From NCBI GenBank assembly GCA_034669905.1, contig JAXMOL010000022.1, positions 32,001 to 96,000 on the forward strand: a DNA stretch of 64,000 bases. The letters are read 5' to 3'. The stretch is from Candidatus Hydrogenedentota bacterium (GTDB lineage: Bacteria > Hydrogenedentota > Hydrogenedentia > Hydrogenedentales > JAEUWI01). The position numbers were made by a program, and so were the translations under genes. Numbering within the stretch: the first letter of the stretch is position 1; every line of letters starts with the position of its first letter. The notes under the pieces are model-generated. The model was not told the DNA's origin and searched no databases. It saw nothing but the letters and a program-made list of their open reading frames with translations. Shown piece after piece: positions 38,324-47,951 of this stretch.

Positions 38324-41116
38324 CTATTGCAAGCCCCGTTCCCACCGGGCCGCCTGCAGGGCCGTCCCCGCAGCACGTACCGCCGCCCCCTCGGCTTCGT
38401 AGCGGGCGGCCACATCCAATACCCCCTGGTTTCGATAGGAGCGGCCCATGGCTTCCAGCGCCCCCGCATGGGCGAAATAGTAGCGGGGTTCGAGATGCCC
38501 CAGTTCCTGGGACAGGGCAAATTCCGCCAGCGCCTTCTCATAGCAATCGATACTTGCCTGCCCCTGACGGGTTGCTGCCAGGGTCCAATAGGTCCAGGCG
38601 AGGTGCTGATGCATGTCTTTGTACAGCGGACTACGTTCCACCGCCCGCTCGGCCCACGTCACCATGGCGGCAAGATAGGCATCACGGCGGTCTTCCTGGT
38701 GCGTAGAGACTTCTTCCGCCATCATCTTGAGCACGCGGCTGATCAGGAGTGCCAGGTCCGGATCATAGGGGTACCGGGCATCCAGAAAGATCAACTCATC
38801 CACCCAACGCTCGAGGCGCTCCATCGCGATGTAGTGGGCGTCCCAGGGACGCTGTAAGACAAAGACGCTCTGGGGCGGCAAGGCCGCGTCCGGGGCAAGC
38901 GGAACCCACGTTCGGGTGGTCGGGTCCGGGAAGAGCACCTGCCCCAAACCAAATAATTGTTCTCGCTCGGGCAGGAGACTTACCGCGACGGAAACCGGAA
39001 TACGTGGGGCGGGCGCCTCTTTCCCTGCCCGTGCCCATCGGGTACCGTCGACAACGAAGAAGGTGCCGGCCTGCTCCCGGGTATCCGACCAGGCCCGCTT
39101 GCTCACATTGATCAGCCGTCCCCCGTTTAGTCCCAGTGATTGGAGAAAAGGACGCATCATCAACCCCGCCGCAATAGTTGCGAATACGATAATCAAGAGC
39201 GGTAGCCATTTGTTTCCCCCGGTCAGCCGGGTTCCCACCGTGCCGGACAGCTCACTGTAAAAGAGCCCCAACGCCGCCATGGCCATCATGACCAATGAGG
39301 GGTGCGAGAAATTAATATCGATCAATCCGTGAAGAAGGAACGCTAACAAGGCGACGGCCAGCCCGACAGCGACGCCGCTGCGTTTGCCAAGCTTCCCTCG
39401 AATGTACCCCACTGCGGTCACGACGAAACATCCCCAAAACATCAGGAAGAGCAGTAGCCCGGGCGCACCCGTTTCGCAAAGCATTTGGAGCGGGAAACTA
39501 TGTGCGTTCCGAACGTCGCCGGCATCGATATCCTGCAGGGGGCCGTAGGCCATGCCGAAATTGCCCAGCCCGACACCACGCCAGGGGTTGGCGGCGGCCA
39601 TCCGAAGGGCTACCCGCCAGTAGCCAATGCGCGCCGCGAAGGATGCCGGGTTGGCCAACTCGGCCACGGAAACATCCATCCCCTCAGCAGAGACTTCGCG
39701 GAGTGGTGCTTCCCGGGAGTCTTCCATCTGGGCAACGCTGGCCGTTGACTGGGCCAGAAATGCTATGAGCCCCCCTACCAGAACAAACACTGCTGCCCGA
39801 TGGACGCCGCCCTGCCCCTTCGCCCCACGCCGGAAGAACAACACAAGCGACACGCCGACCGCGCCCGCCAGGGCCAGCATCCCGCCTCGGGAATAGGATA
39901 TCCACAGGGCTCCCAGCATGGTAAGGGCCAGCACGATGCCGCCGTAGCATTGGAGATGTGCGAGCGCCCGCCGCAAACCGGTCCGCCGCCCCAGCAAGAG
40001 AAAGGCGGTCGTGGGGAGCGCTGCCGCCAGGGCACTCAGGATACTGAGCCCTGTCACGTCGCCATACCAGGGCGGCCCTTCCAGGCTATAGGTCAACTGG
40101 AGCAGGCCCAGGGCGAATACGACGAGGGCGACCAGCACAAACAGGGGCAAGGCCACGAGAAGCAACATCCGAAAACGGCGTTCAACCGCCACGGCCAATT
40201 CCGTCGTCTCGCTCCCCAGTCGGCGTCTTCCCTCCCAGGCCAGGGCAACACTGGGCGCAATCCCCAGGAGCAACAGGGCCGCGAGGGCATTGGGAAAGAC
40301 CATGCTGGCAAAGGCACGATTCAAATTGAAGCGGCGGGCCAATTCCGGAGTAAACTCGGTGGCTCCCTTGAACCACCGTGAGAGTAATTCGGGATTTGAC
40401 TGCAACTCGTTTCGCAGCCAGGGCAACACGTAGTACAAATGGGGGTAGGCAAAGAGGGCCTGCCCCATCACCCCGGCCAACAGGCCCAGGAGCACAACGC
40501 GGCGGGTCACTCGTGTTGGGGTGCTGTTGAGCGTCACAAAAAAGAGTGCCCCGTAGCCCACCCACAGGAGTAATTCGTTGTAGGTCGTATGGCGCTGAAT
40601 GGCTCCCGTGGCCGCGACCGACGCCCAAAGCACCAGTGCCCCCCACAACAGAATGGGATTCACACCGCGCAGGGGTTGGGGCATCCGAAACTGCCGAATC
40701 CCCCATACCACCACCAGGTAAAGACTGGCCCAGAGAAAGTAGGTATTATCTGCGGGGTAGGTAAAGCCGTCCAGCCAGGGGCGCAGGGCCAACAGCACCG
40801 CCAGACCCACGGACACATGAATATAGGCTCCCACCCCAAGCAATACGACCCCGGTGAGTAGGACCGCCGCATCCATACTTTGTAAGGACTCCATCCCCAG
40901 CAAGGGTTGAAGTCTGGCCCCGGCAATAATCACGAGGACCCGCTTGAGACCGAGGAGACTGTTTCCGGAAGCCATCAGTCCAATAAGCGCACACCACACG
41001 GCAAGACAGCCCAGCACGAGCACGGTTTCGCGCGGTGCGGCGAACTCGGCAGGCCACAATCCGTGCTTTTCGGGTGTGGGCGAAGTAGTTTTGCAGGGCT
41101 TCCGGGTGGGGTTCAA
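38324..41116 (-). CDS. O-antigen ligase (Wzy_C) family membrane protein with TPR-like C-terminus
   Basis: Many TM segments; FPNALAA, SYSRGG, RIGYWRVALRM..PWRGVGLGNF, NAHSFPLQMLCETG; start uncertain. Confidence 0.8.
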   Translation of the reverse strand: MNPTRKPCKTTSPTPEKHGLWPAEFAAPRETVLVLGCLAVWCALIGLMASGNSLLGLKRVLVIIAGARLQPLLGMESLQSMDAAVLLTGVVLLGVGAYIHVSVGLAVLLALRPWLDGFTYPADNTYFLWASLYLVVVWGIRQFRMPQPLRGVNPILLWGALVLWASVAATGAIQRHTTYNELLLWVGYGALFFVTLNSTPTRVTRRVVLLGLLAGVMGQALFAYPHLYYVLPWLRNELQSNPELLSRWFKGATEFTPELARRFNLNRAFASMVFPNALAALLLLGIAPSVALAWEGRRRLGSETTELAVAVERRFRMLLLVALPLFVLVALVVFALGLLQLTYSLEGPPWYGDVTGLSILSALAAALPTTAFLLLGRRTGLRRALAHLQCYGGIVLALTMLGALWISYSRGGMLALAGAVGVSLVLFFRRGAKGQGGVHRAAVFVLVGGLIAFLAQSTASVAQMEDSREAPLREVSAEGMDVSVAELANPASFAARIGYWRVALRMAAANPWRGVGLGNFGMAYGPLQDIDAGDVRNAHSFPLQMLCETGAPGLLLFLMFWGCFVVTAVGYIRGKLGKRSGVAVGLAVALLAFLLHGLIDINFSHPSLVMMAMAALGLFYSELSGTVGTRLTGGNKWLPLLIIVFATIAAGLMMRPFLQSLGLNGGRLINVSKRAWSDTREQAGTFFVVDGTRWARAGKEAPAPRIPVSVAVSLLPEREQLFGLGQVLFPDPTTRTWVPLAPDAALPPQSVFVLQRPWDAHYIAMERLERWVDELIFLDARYPYDPDLALLISRVLKMMAEEVSTHQEDRRDAYLAAMVTWAERAVERSPLYKDMHQHLAWTYWTLAATRQGQASIDCYEKALAEFALSQELGHLEPRYYFAHAGALEAMGRSYRNQGVLDVAARYEAEGAAVRAAGTALQAARWERGLQ

Positions 41117-42192
41117 GGGGTTCCATCTCCACGGTCACGACGTGCCCCCATCAACAATACAATCATTAAGAACACCCCTACTGTCTGCGCCACGATGATG
41201 GCTGTCCCCCGCACATTCAACTGCGGGAGCAAGGCCCCACCTAAACCGATAATGGCAGCGACCAGAAATATAAACTCGACGGCCTGACGGGGCGACATGC
41301 CACGGTCCACCAGACGGTGGGAAAAGTGCCTGTTATCACCTTGCATCACATCCACCCCCGCCCGCCATCGAAGGTAGACCACGCTCACCATATCGAAAAG
41401 GGGCACGGCGAGGGCGAGCAAGGGAGCCGCCACTGCGAGTCGGGGCGTTCCCTCCACATGAAAGGTGCCGAGGACCGCGATAGTCGCAAGAAAGTAGCCG
41501 CAGAACATGGCGCCTGCATCGCCCATGTAAATACGCGCGGGACTGAGGTTATGGTAGAGAAATCCGCACAGCGTTCCGGCAAAGAGAAGGAGTAAGAGCC
41601 GGACCATGGGCTCGAAGGGCACAACACATAGGAAAAACGACAGGGCCGCGATCACCGAGACGCCCGCGCAAAGACCGTCCATGTTATCCAGGAAGTTCAT
41701 GGCGTTGGTGAGCAGGAGCACCCACAGAATCGTGACGAGACTGGAGAGCAAGGGATTCGAAAATACGAAGAGCTCGATACGCACATTGGCCAGCACGAGG
41801 AGCAGCCCCGCTGTGGTTTGGCCGGCCAGTTTGGTCAGCGGACGGAGGGCGTAGAGATCATCATAGACACCCAGCAGGAACACCACTCCCCCGCCGAGCA
41901 AGATACCCGCCAATTTAATCTCTCCCCCATCACCGAGGGCACCGTGGAGAAAGTTTCGGATATAGGCCATTCCAAACTGGTCCAAGGTAAACAAGACCGC
42001 GAGATGGAGCAATACAAGGCCATAAAGGGTAAGCACAATGGCCACGCCACCCAACAGCGGCACGGGCGTCGCCTGGGTCTTGCGTCCGCCGGGGTGGTCC
42101 AGAACATTCCAGCGCAACGCGAGGCGACGCATGAGTTCGGTGGCGCCGATGGCACAAACCAGGGCAATGGCAAAACTATAGCCATAGGTCAT
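41113..42192 (-). CDS. WecA/MraY-family (PNPT) undecaprenyl-phosphate sugar-1-P transferase
   Basis: LDHPGGRK..PLLGG, LGVYDD, NAMNFLDNMDGL, YMGDAG, DNRHFSHRL. Confidence 0.9.
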   Translation of the reverse strand: MTYGYSFAIALVCAIGATELMRRLALRWNVLDHPGGRKTQATPVPLLGGVAIVLTLYGLVLLHLAVLFTLDQFGMAYIRNFLHGALGDGGEIKLAGILLGGGVVFLLGVYDDLYALRPLTKLAGQTTAGLLLVLANVRIELFVFSNPLLSSLVTILWVLLLTNAMNFLDNMDGLCAGVSVIAALSFFLCVVPFEPMVRLLLLLFAGTLCGFLYHNLSPARIYMGDAGAMFCGYFLATIAVLGTFHVEGTPRLAVAAPLLALAVPLFDMVSVVYLRWRAGVDVMQGDNRHFSHRLVDRGMSPRQAVEFIFLVAAIIGLGGALLPQLNVRGTAIIVAQTVGVFLMIVLLMGARRDRGDGTP

Positions 42193-42197
42193 GTAGG

Positions 42198-43307
42198 TCA
42201 CTTCGGGACGCATGCAAGGGCTTCCTGGTAGCACTGCCACTCGCGCTCGGCAATGATGTCGGCACGAAAATCGGTTTCTATACGCAAACGGGCTGCAGCG
42301 CCCAGTGCGCGGGCCTTCTCGGGGTCCGCCAGCAGGGCATTGATCGACTCCGCCAGGGCCGAAGGGTCATTGGGCTCCACATTATAGCCCGTTTCTCCGT
42401 CCACGTTGATATACTCAACCCCGGTCCCCAGTCGGGTGGCCACGACCGGTCGGCCCGCCGCATGGGCTTCCATGATGGCCACGCCGAAGGCTTCACTTCG
42501 CGCGATGGAGGGAAAAGCGAAGAGCGTGCAGGCATGCAAATGATTGACCAGTTCTTCGTGAGACAAGGCCCCGGGAAAATGCATGGTCACGCCCTGGCGG
42601 GACGCAGCGGCCATCAGTGAAGCCCGCTCGGGGCCGTCCCCCCCGATTACGATGGGAGCTTCTATCCGGGCGGCGGCGTCCACCAGCACCTGGAGGCCCT
42701 TGTAGTAGCGGTGTTTCCCGCAAAAGAAAACGAAGCTTCCCCCGTATCGCCGTTGTAATGCGGCGACCTGCCCCGCATCAGGGCATTGAAAGGCGGCGAC
42801 ATCAATTCCGAGTGGCACCACCTGGCACCGGTCACGGTGGGGCGCCAGGCATGCGGACGTTTCGAGGTACTGGGGCGAGGTGGGCAGGATACGGGCGGCA
42901 CGCCGGAGCACCTCCTGTTGAATCGGGCCGTAGAATCGCATCGCGCGGGCCTGACGCACCACGTCGCTGTGGTAGCGAATCACCAGCGTTCCGGGACACC
43001 CCGCCAGGAGCCAGGCCACTTCGGCGGTTGGATTGGGCAGGTGCAACACAATGACATCCGCCTTGGCACGGCGCAGGTGCCAGGGAAACAGGGGCGCGAC
43101 GGGCGCCTGCTGAAAACGGCCCCACTCCCCTACTTCCAGGACCGCAATGCCATCATGGTCCACCGGGCGGGTACGCCAACTGCGGCTACAGGTAAGGGCA
43201 GAGACCGCCCCCAAGGCCCGTTGGTGTTGGCAGGTTCGTGCCATGAACCCCTCGATCCCCCCCTGCACCGGCGGGTCAAAATCTTTGTATACGTGCAGGA
43301 CTTTCAA
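42198..43307 (-). CDS. GT4-family glycosyltransferase
   Basis: KVLHVYKDF..GGIE, HLPNP, YYKGL, PSIARSEAFGVAIMEA; TTG start inferred. Confidence 0.9.
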   Translation of the reverse strand: MKVLHVYKDFDPPVQGGIEGFMARTCQHQRALGAVSALTCSRSWRTRPVDHDGIAVLEVGEWGRFQQAPVAPLFPWHLRRAKADVIVLHLPNPTAEVAWLLAGCPGTLVIRYHSDVVRQARAMRFYGPIQQEVLRRAARILPTSPQYLETSACLAPHRDRCQVVPLGIDVAAFQCPDAGQVAALQRRYGGSFVFFCGKHRYYKGLQVLVDAAARIEAPIVIGGDGPERASLMAAASRQGVTMHFPGALSHEELVNHLHACTLFAFPSIARSEAFGVAIMEAHAAGRPVVATRLGTGVEYINVDGETGYNVEPNDPSALAESINALLADPEKARALGAAARLRIETDFRADIIAEREWQCYQEALACVPK

Positions 43308-43478
43308 AAGCAGGTCTGATTCCGTAGGGTTTGGTTGAACGGGAACCTGAATTATGTGCGCTGGAAGGCGGTGAAGACAAGCTCTCCCCACCGATGATGT
43401 ATGGGACGCGGACACCATGCTATATTGCCGGGAGTGTTCTTCACACCACGACGTCTACCCGCAGGAGAAGCTCCCCGT

Positions 43479-45998
43479 ATGATGAACGAACCCCGCATCA
43501 CCGATGCCGCCGAAGAGTCGGTCACGATCCCGGAGCCCGCACCAGAACGTGAGCCCCTTCCGGTTCCAGAGCGCGCGCGGGTCGTGATTGTAGGGGGAGG
43601 CATCGTGGGGTGCAGCGTGGCCTACCATTTGGGACACCTGGGGTGGCGTGATGTGGTGGTCCTGGAGCAAAGCGCGCTGGCCGGTGGTACGACCTGGCAT
43701 GCCGCCGGAATGGTCGGCCAATTACGTACTTCGAACAGCCTCACGAAGATTAACAAATACAGCGTTCAATTGTACCAACAACTGGAGGCGGAAACCGGGG
43801 TTTCGACCGGCTGGAAGGAAGTGGGCAGCCTTATCGTGGCGCAAAGCGAGGCGCGCATGACTCAGTTGCGGCGCACGGCAGCGATGGCCCAGCGTTTTGG
43901 CGTAGAAGCCCATCTCATTTCTCCCCGGGAATCACAGGACGCCTTTCCCTTGTTGCGCTCCGACGATCTCCTGGCTGGGGTATGGTTGCCCCACGACGGC
44001 AAGGTCAATCCGGAAGCCACGGCGAAAGCCCTGGCGCAGGGTGCGCGCAATCAGGGCGCCCTTATCAAAGAAAACACCCGGGTTACGGGACTTCGCGTCT
44101 CAGACGGTCGCGTCACGGGGGTGGATACGGCACAAGGCCCCATTGAAGCGGAGTATGTGGTTTTGTGCGGCGGTATGTGGACCCGCGAATTGGCCCTTAA
44201 AGCCGGGGTCACCGTCCCCCTCTATCCCGTGGAACATCACTACGTGGTGAGTGCGCCGCTCGAGGGCGCCTACGATGAACTTCCCTGCGGAAGGGACCCG
44301 GATGCCCAGATATACTTCCGCGGCGAAGGGGACGCCATCATGCTGGGGGCCTTCCAGTCCCGCTCCACCACGTGGGATCCATCTCCTCTCCCCCATCCTT
44401 TCTCCTTTTCTCTGTTGGAGGCGGATTGGGAGAAGTTTTCCCAGCCAATGACGGCGGGCAAGCACCGCATCCCGGCCCTGGCGGAAAGCGAGTTCCCCAA
44501 GTTTGTCAACGGTCCCGAGAGCTTCACGCCAGACAACAATTTCATCCTCGGGGAAACCCCGGAAGTGCAAGGGCTTTTCGTGGGCGCAGGCTTCAATTCC
44601 GTGGGTATTGCCAGCGCGGGGGGCGCCGGAAAATACCTGGCCGAATGGATCGTTGCGGGTGAGGCCCCCCTTGATCTCTGGTCGGTGGATATTCGGCGCT
44701 TCATGCCCTACCACAACAACCGAAATTACTTACGTGAACGGGTAACCGAAGTGCTCGGGCTTCACTATCAGATGGCGTGGCCCAACCGGGAGCCCGAGAC
44801 CGCCCGCAACCTGCGCCAGAGCCCGCTCCACGAGCGACTGAAGGCACAGGGGGCATGCTTTGGCGTCAAGATGGGCCTGGAACGCCCCAACTGGTTCGCC
44901 CCCGCGGGCGTGCTCCCACAAAACGACTACACCTTTGGAAAGCCCGCGTGGTTATCCCACAGCGGCGCCGAGCATCGGGCAACCCGGGAAAACGTGGCCC
45001 TCTTCGACCAAACCTCCTTCTCCAAGTACCTGCTCGAAGGTCCCGATGCCCTGACGCTGTTACAGCGCTTATGCGGCGCCAATATCGACGTGGAGCCCGG
45101 AAGGGCGGTCTATACCGGGATGTTTAACGTACGGGGCGGTTTCGAGAGCGACCTTACCGTCCTTCCGCTGGCCCAGGACCGTTTCTATATCATCTCAGCA
45201 TCGGCCCAGACACGCCGCGACTACCACTGGATTCGCCGCAGAATGACCCAGAAAACCCATGCCGTCCTCACCGATGTCACCACCGGCTACGGAGTCCTGG
45301 GGGTAATGGGCCCGAACAGCCGAAAGCTATTGGAAAGGGTGAGCAACGCGGACTTTTCCAATGAGGCCTTTCCCCTGAACACCGCCCAGGAAATCGCCGT
45401 GGGCATGGCGACTGCCCGTGCCCTGCGCATGAGCTATGTGGGCGAACTCGGCTGGGAGCTACACCTGCCGTTGGATCAGATGGCCGCGGCCTATGACGCC
45501 CTGTGGGAAGCCGGCCAGCCTCTGAACGTCTGTAATGCCGGTCATTACGCCATCAATTCGTTGCGATTGGAAAAGGGCTATCGGGCCTGGGGCGCCGACA
45601 TCACCCCCGATGACACCCCCTTTGAAGCCGATCTCGCCTTTGCCGTTTCGTGGGAAAAGACGACTCCCTTCATCGGACACGAGGCCCTGTTGGAGAAGTG
45701 GGAAAACCTTCCACGAAAACAGCTGGTATCGCTGGTGCTGGACGACCCGGAAATCATGTTGTGGGGCAATGAACCGATCGCCCGTGATGGTGTGGAGGTG
45801 GGGCACACGACTTCGGCAGCCTATGGGCACACCCTCGGGGGGGCAGTGGCCCTGGGATACATCCACCACAACGACGGGATTACTCCCGAGTTTCTCGAGG
45901 AAGGGAAATACAGCATTCTATGCGATGGTCAGACGTGCAGCGCCCGGCTATATCGCACCCCGCCCTACGATCCCGGCCGAAAACGTCTTCGAATGTAA
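43479..45998 (+). CDS. FAD-dependent oxidoreductase, dimethylglycine/sarcosine dehydrogenase (GcvT-fused) family
   Basis: VIVGGGIVG, GTTWHAAG, NGPESFTPD, SYVGELGWEL, LRLEKGYRAWG; RBS AGGAG. Confidence 0.92.
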   Translation: MMNEPRITDAAEESVTIPEPAPEREPLPVPERARVVIVGGGIVGCSVAYHLGHLGWRDVVVLEQSALAGGTTWHAAGMVGQLRTSNSLTKINKYSVQLYQQLEAETGVSTGWKEVGSLIVAQSEARMTQLRRTAAMAQRFGVEAHLISPRESQDAFPLLRSDDLLAGVWLPHDGKVNPEATAKALAQGARNQGALIKENTRVTGLRVSDGRVTGVDTAQGPIEAEYVVLCGGMWTRELALKAGVTVPLYPVEHHYVVSAPLEGAYDELPCGRDPDAQIYFRGEGDAIMLGAFQSRSTTWDPSPLPHPFSFSLLEADWEKFSQPMTAGKHRIPALAESEFPKFVNGPESFTPDNNFILGETPEVQGLFVGAGFNSVGIASAGGAGKYLAEWIVAGEAPLDLWSVDIRRFMPYHNNRNYLRERVTEVLGLHYQMAWPNREPETARNLRQSPLHERLKAQGACFGVKMGLERPNWFAPAGVLPQNDYTFGKPAWLSHSGAEHRATRENVALFDQTSFSKYLLEGPDALTLLQRLCGANIDVEPGRAVYTGMFNVRGGFESDLTVLPLAQDRFYIISASAQTRRDYHWIRRRMTQKTHAVLTDVTTGYGVLGVMGPNSRKLLERVSNADFSNEAFPLNTAQEIAVGMATARALRMSYVGELGWELHLPLDQMAAAYDALWEAGQPLNVCNAGHYAINSLRLEKGYRAWGADITPDDTPFEADLAFAVSWEKTTPFIGHEALLEKWENLPRKQLVSLVLDDPEIMLWGNEPIARDGVEVGHTTSAAYGHTLGGAVALGYIHHNDGITPEFLEEGKYSILCDGQTCSARLYRTPPYDPGRKRLRM

Positions 45999-46123
45999 CA
46001 TACACATTACGTATACCCCGCAGAAGCACAGTATCTTTCGCGCTTCGTCACACAAATGTTACAGGTCGCCGGGCACAATTCCTACAGCGGTTGCGCTAGT
46101 CAAATCACTGTGAGGAATGTACG

Positions 46124-46324
46124 ATGAAAAAAGAGTTTGGGAAAAAGAAATCCTTTGCCGCAACGGATGCCAATCCTATCCTGGCGACCAACACCTGCGA
46201 CATCACCTTAACCCCCGAGGGGCTCGCCTATCTGGGTGTCCTCCCACACCAACCGATAGGGACGAAGCCCCCTTCTCCCCGGCCGGCCATGAAGACGGCA
46301 CGGCTCATCAAGCGGGCCATGTAG
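46124..46324 (+). CDS. Small hypothetical protein (66 aa)
   Basis: ORF with GAGGA RBS in otherwise empty intergenic space. Confidence 0.4.
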   Translation: MKKEFGKKKSFAATDANPILATNTCDITLTPEGLAYLGVLPHQPIGTKPPSPRPAMKTARLIKRAM

Positions 46325-46503
46325 TGGTGCGACTACTGCCGCTGTCCCGGTAAGCGAGATTTCGTCGGACCTGCCCCTTCGAAATACCGCGTCCGCCGGG
46401 CACGGGGGATGGTGTGAATGTCACGGTAGTGAGTTCCCCATCCCCCCGTTTTGCTTTCCACGTGGCCACCTCCCGACCGTTGACTCCTGCAGGCAACATC
46501 CCC

Positions 46504-47043
46504 CTATCGAATGGCCTTGCTCATATCCACCATACTCGTATCCACATTGTTCAAAACGGTCCCGCGCAGGACGGTGCTTTTCAAGATGGCCACGGGCGTT
46601 TTTCCGAAGTATTTCATCCAGAGACGTGCATCGGTCATATCGGACGCACTGAGATCGGCTTTGGAAAGATCAGCCCCACTTAAATTGGCCCCGATCAACT
46701 TGGCCTTGCTGAGGTCTGCGCCGCGCAGATTTACCGAGTAGAGATTGCACCCCGAAAAATCCGCCCCCATTAACGTGGCGCCACTGAGGATAGAGCGACT
46801 CAGATTGGCGCCCGCCACCCGTGCGTCGGTGAGATCGGCCAGCGAGAAATTGGCGTTCGCCAATTCGGCCTTCTCCAGCCCCGCCCCCGTCAAATCGACA
46901 TCCCGAAAATTCACTCCTTGCAATTGCTTGTTACACAAATCGATTCCCCGGAGATCGGGCCGGGCCTCTTTGTTTTCTTCACGCCACCTGTTCCACGCCT
47001 TCACACCGTCTTCCAACAGCGATTCGTACACGCTATTCGCCAT
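46504..47043 (-). CDS. Pentapeptide-repeat protein
   Basis: GVKAWNRWRE..PDL then tandem A(D/N)LxG repeats. Confidence 0.9.
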   Translation of the reverse strand: MANSVYESLLEDGVKAWNRWREENKEARPDLRGIDLCNKQLQGVNFRDVDLTGAGLEKAELANANFSLADLTDARVAGANLSRSILSGATLMGADFSGCNLYSVNLRGADLSKAKLIGANLSGADLSKADLSASDMTDARLWMKYFGKTPVAILKSTVLRGTVLNNVDTSMVDMSKAIR

Positions 47044-47081
47044 TCAAACTACCCTCTCAATCAATCGCCTGGTGGAGCAAC

Positions 47082-47801
47082 CTATCCCGACTCGCCCAAC
47101 GTTAAGGTCAACAAACTGAAATCCATGCCCCGCATCGGCGCGCCACCATTGTGAAAGGTAACTCCGCCGTAGCGGGCACCATCCACCGCCACATGGGTAT
47201 GCCCGAAATACACGTTCTCTACCCCTTCCGGCTCGCCGTGTCCAATATCATGAATGTAGGCGTGCACCCGTTCGAGCGTACGGCGTGGCGGGTGGGCCAG
47301 CCGTGAAATGGCCACATGGGCACGAGCGCGGAAGGCAGCATCGTACAAGCGGTTCTTCACGGGGCCCTGTTTCTTGTGGTGCATCCATGCCGACCGAAAG
47401 GCCTCCAGCTGGGCCTGATTCATTTTTCGGGTCGCCACATCGCCATGGATAAACAGGGTATTCTCGATGCGCAAGTAGTAGGGATGCCAACTGAGGTTTT
47501 CCGTTTCTTCGGCCAGCTCCGAAAGGGCATCAATAAAGCCCTGGACGTGATCATGGTTTCCAAGGTTCACATGGAACTGACACGTGGGATAGCGCCCCGC
47601 CAATGCACGCAGATAGGCAATCGCGGCGTCAATCGTCGCTTCCACACTGGGAAGGGTGGTCCATTTGAAGTCGACCGTGTCTCCATTGAAGACAAAGAGG
47701 TCCGCCGAGGCGGCGGCTGATTCGATGTCTTCCAGATGCTCTTCCCAATGGGAGCGCTTGCAGAACATATGCAGGTCGGATACGACACAGACCGTTTTCA
47801 T
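47082..47801 (-). CDS. Calcineurin-like metallophosphoesterase (LpxH-like)
   Basis: SDLH, NGD, GNHD, HGD, GHTH motifs. Confidence 0.88.
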   Translation of the reverse strand: MKTVCVVSDLHMFCKRSHWEEHLEDIESAAASADLFVFNGDTVDFKWTTLPSVEATIDAAIAYLRALAGRYPTCQFHVNLGNHDHVQGFIDALSELAEETENLSWHPYYLRIENTLFIHGDVATRKMNQAQLEAFRSAWMHHKKQGPVKNRLYDAAFRARAHVAISRLAHPPRRTLERVHAYIHDIGHGEPEGVENVYFGHTHVAVDGARYGGVTFHNGGAPMRGMDFSLLTLTLGESG

Positions 47802-47951
47802 CGGATTCCCTTCCTGGCACTTCGACTACTCAAACTATCGTCCAGTGTAGCATAGGGTCAGCGCTTCCATCGTCTGCCTGCCCGCCCATGACGATGCACG
47901 GACGCCGACCACTGGGCTATACTGCCCGTGCTAACTACTGAGGGGAATCTT

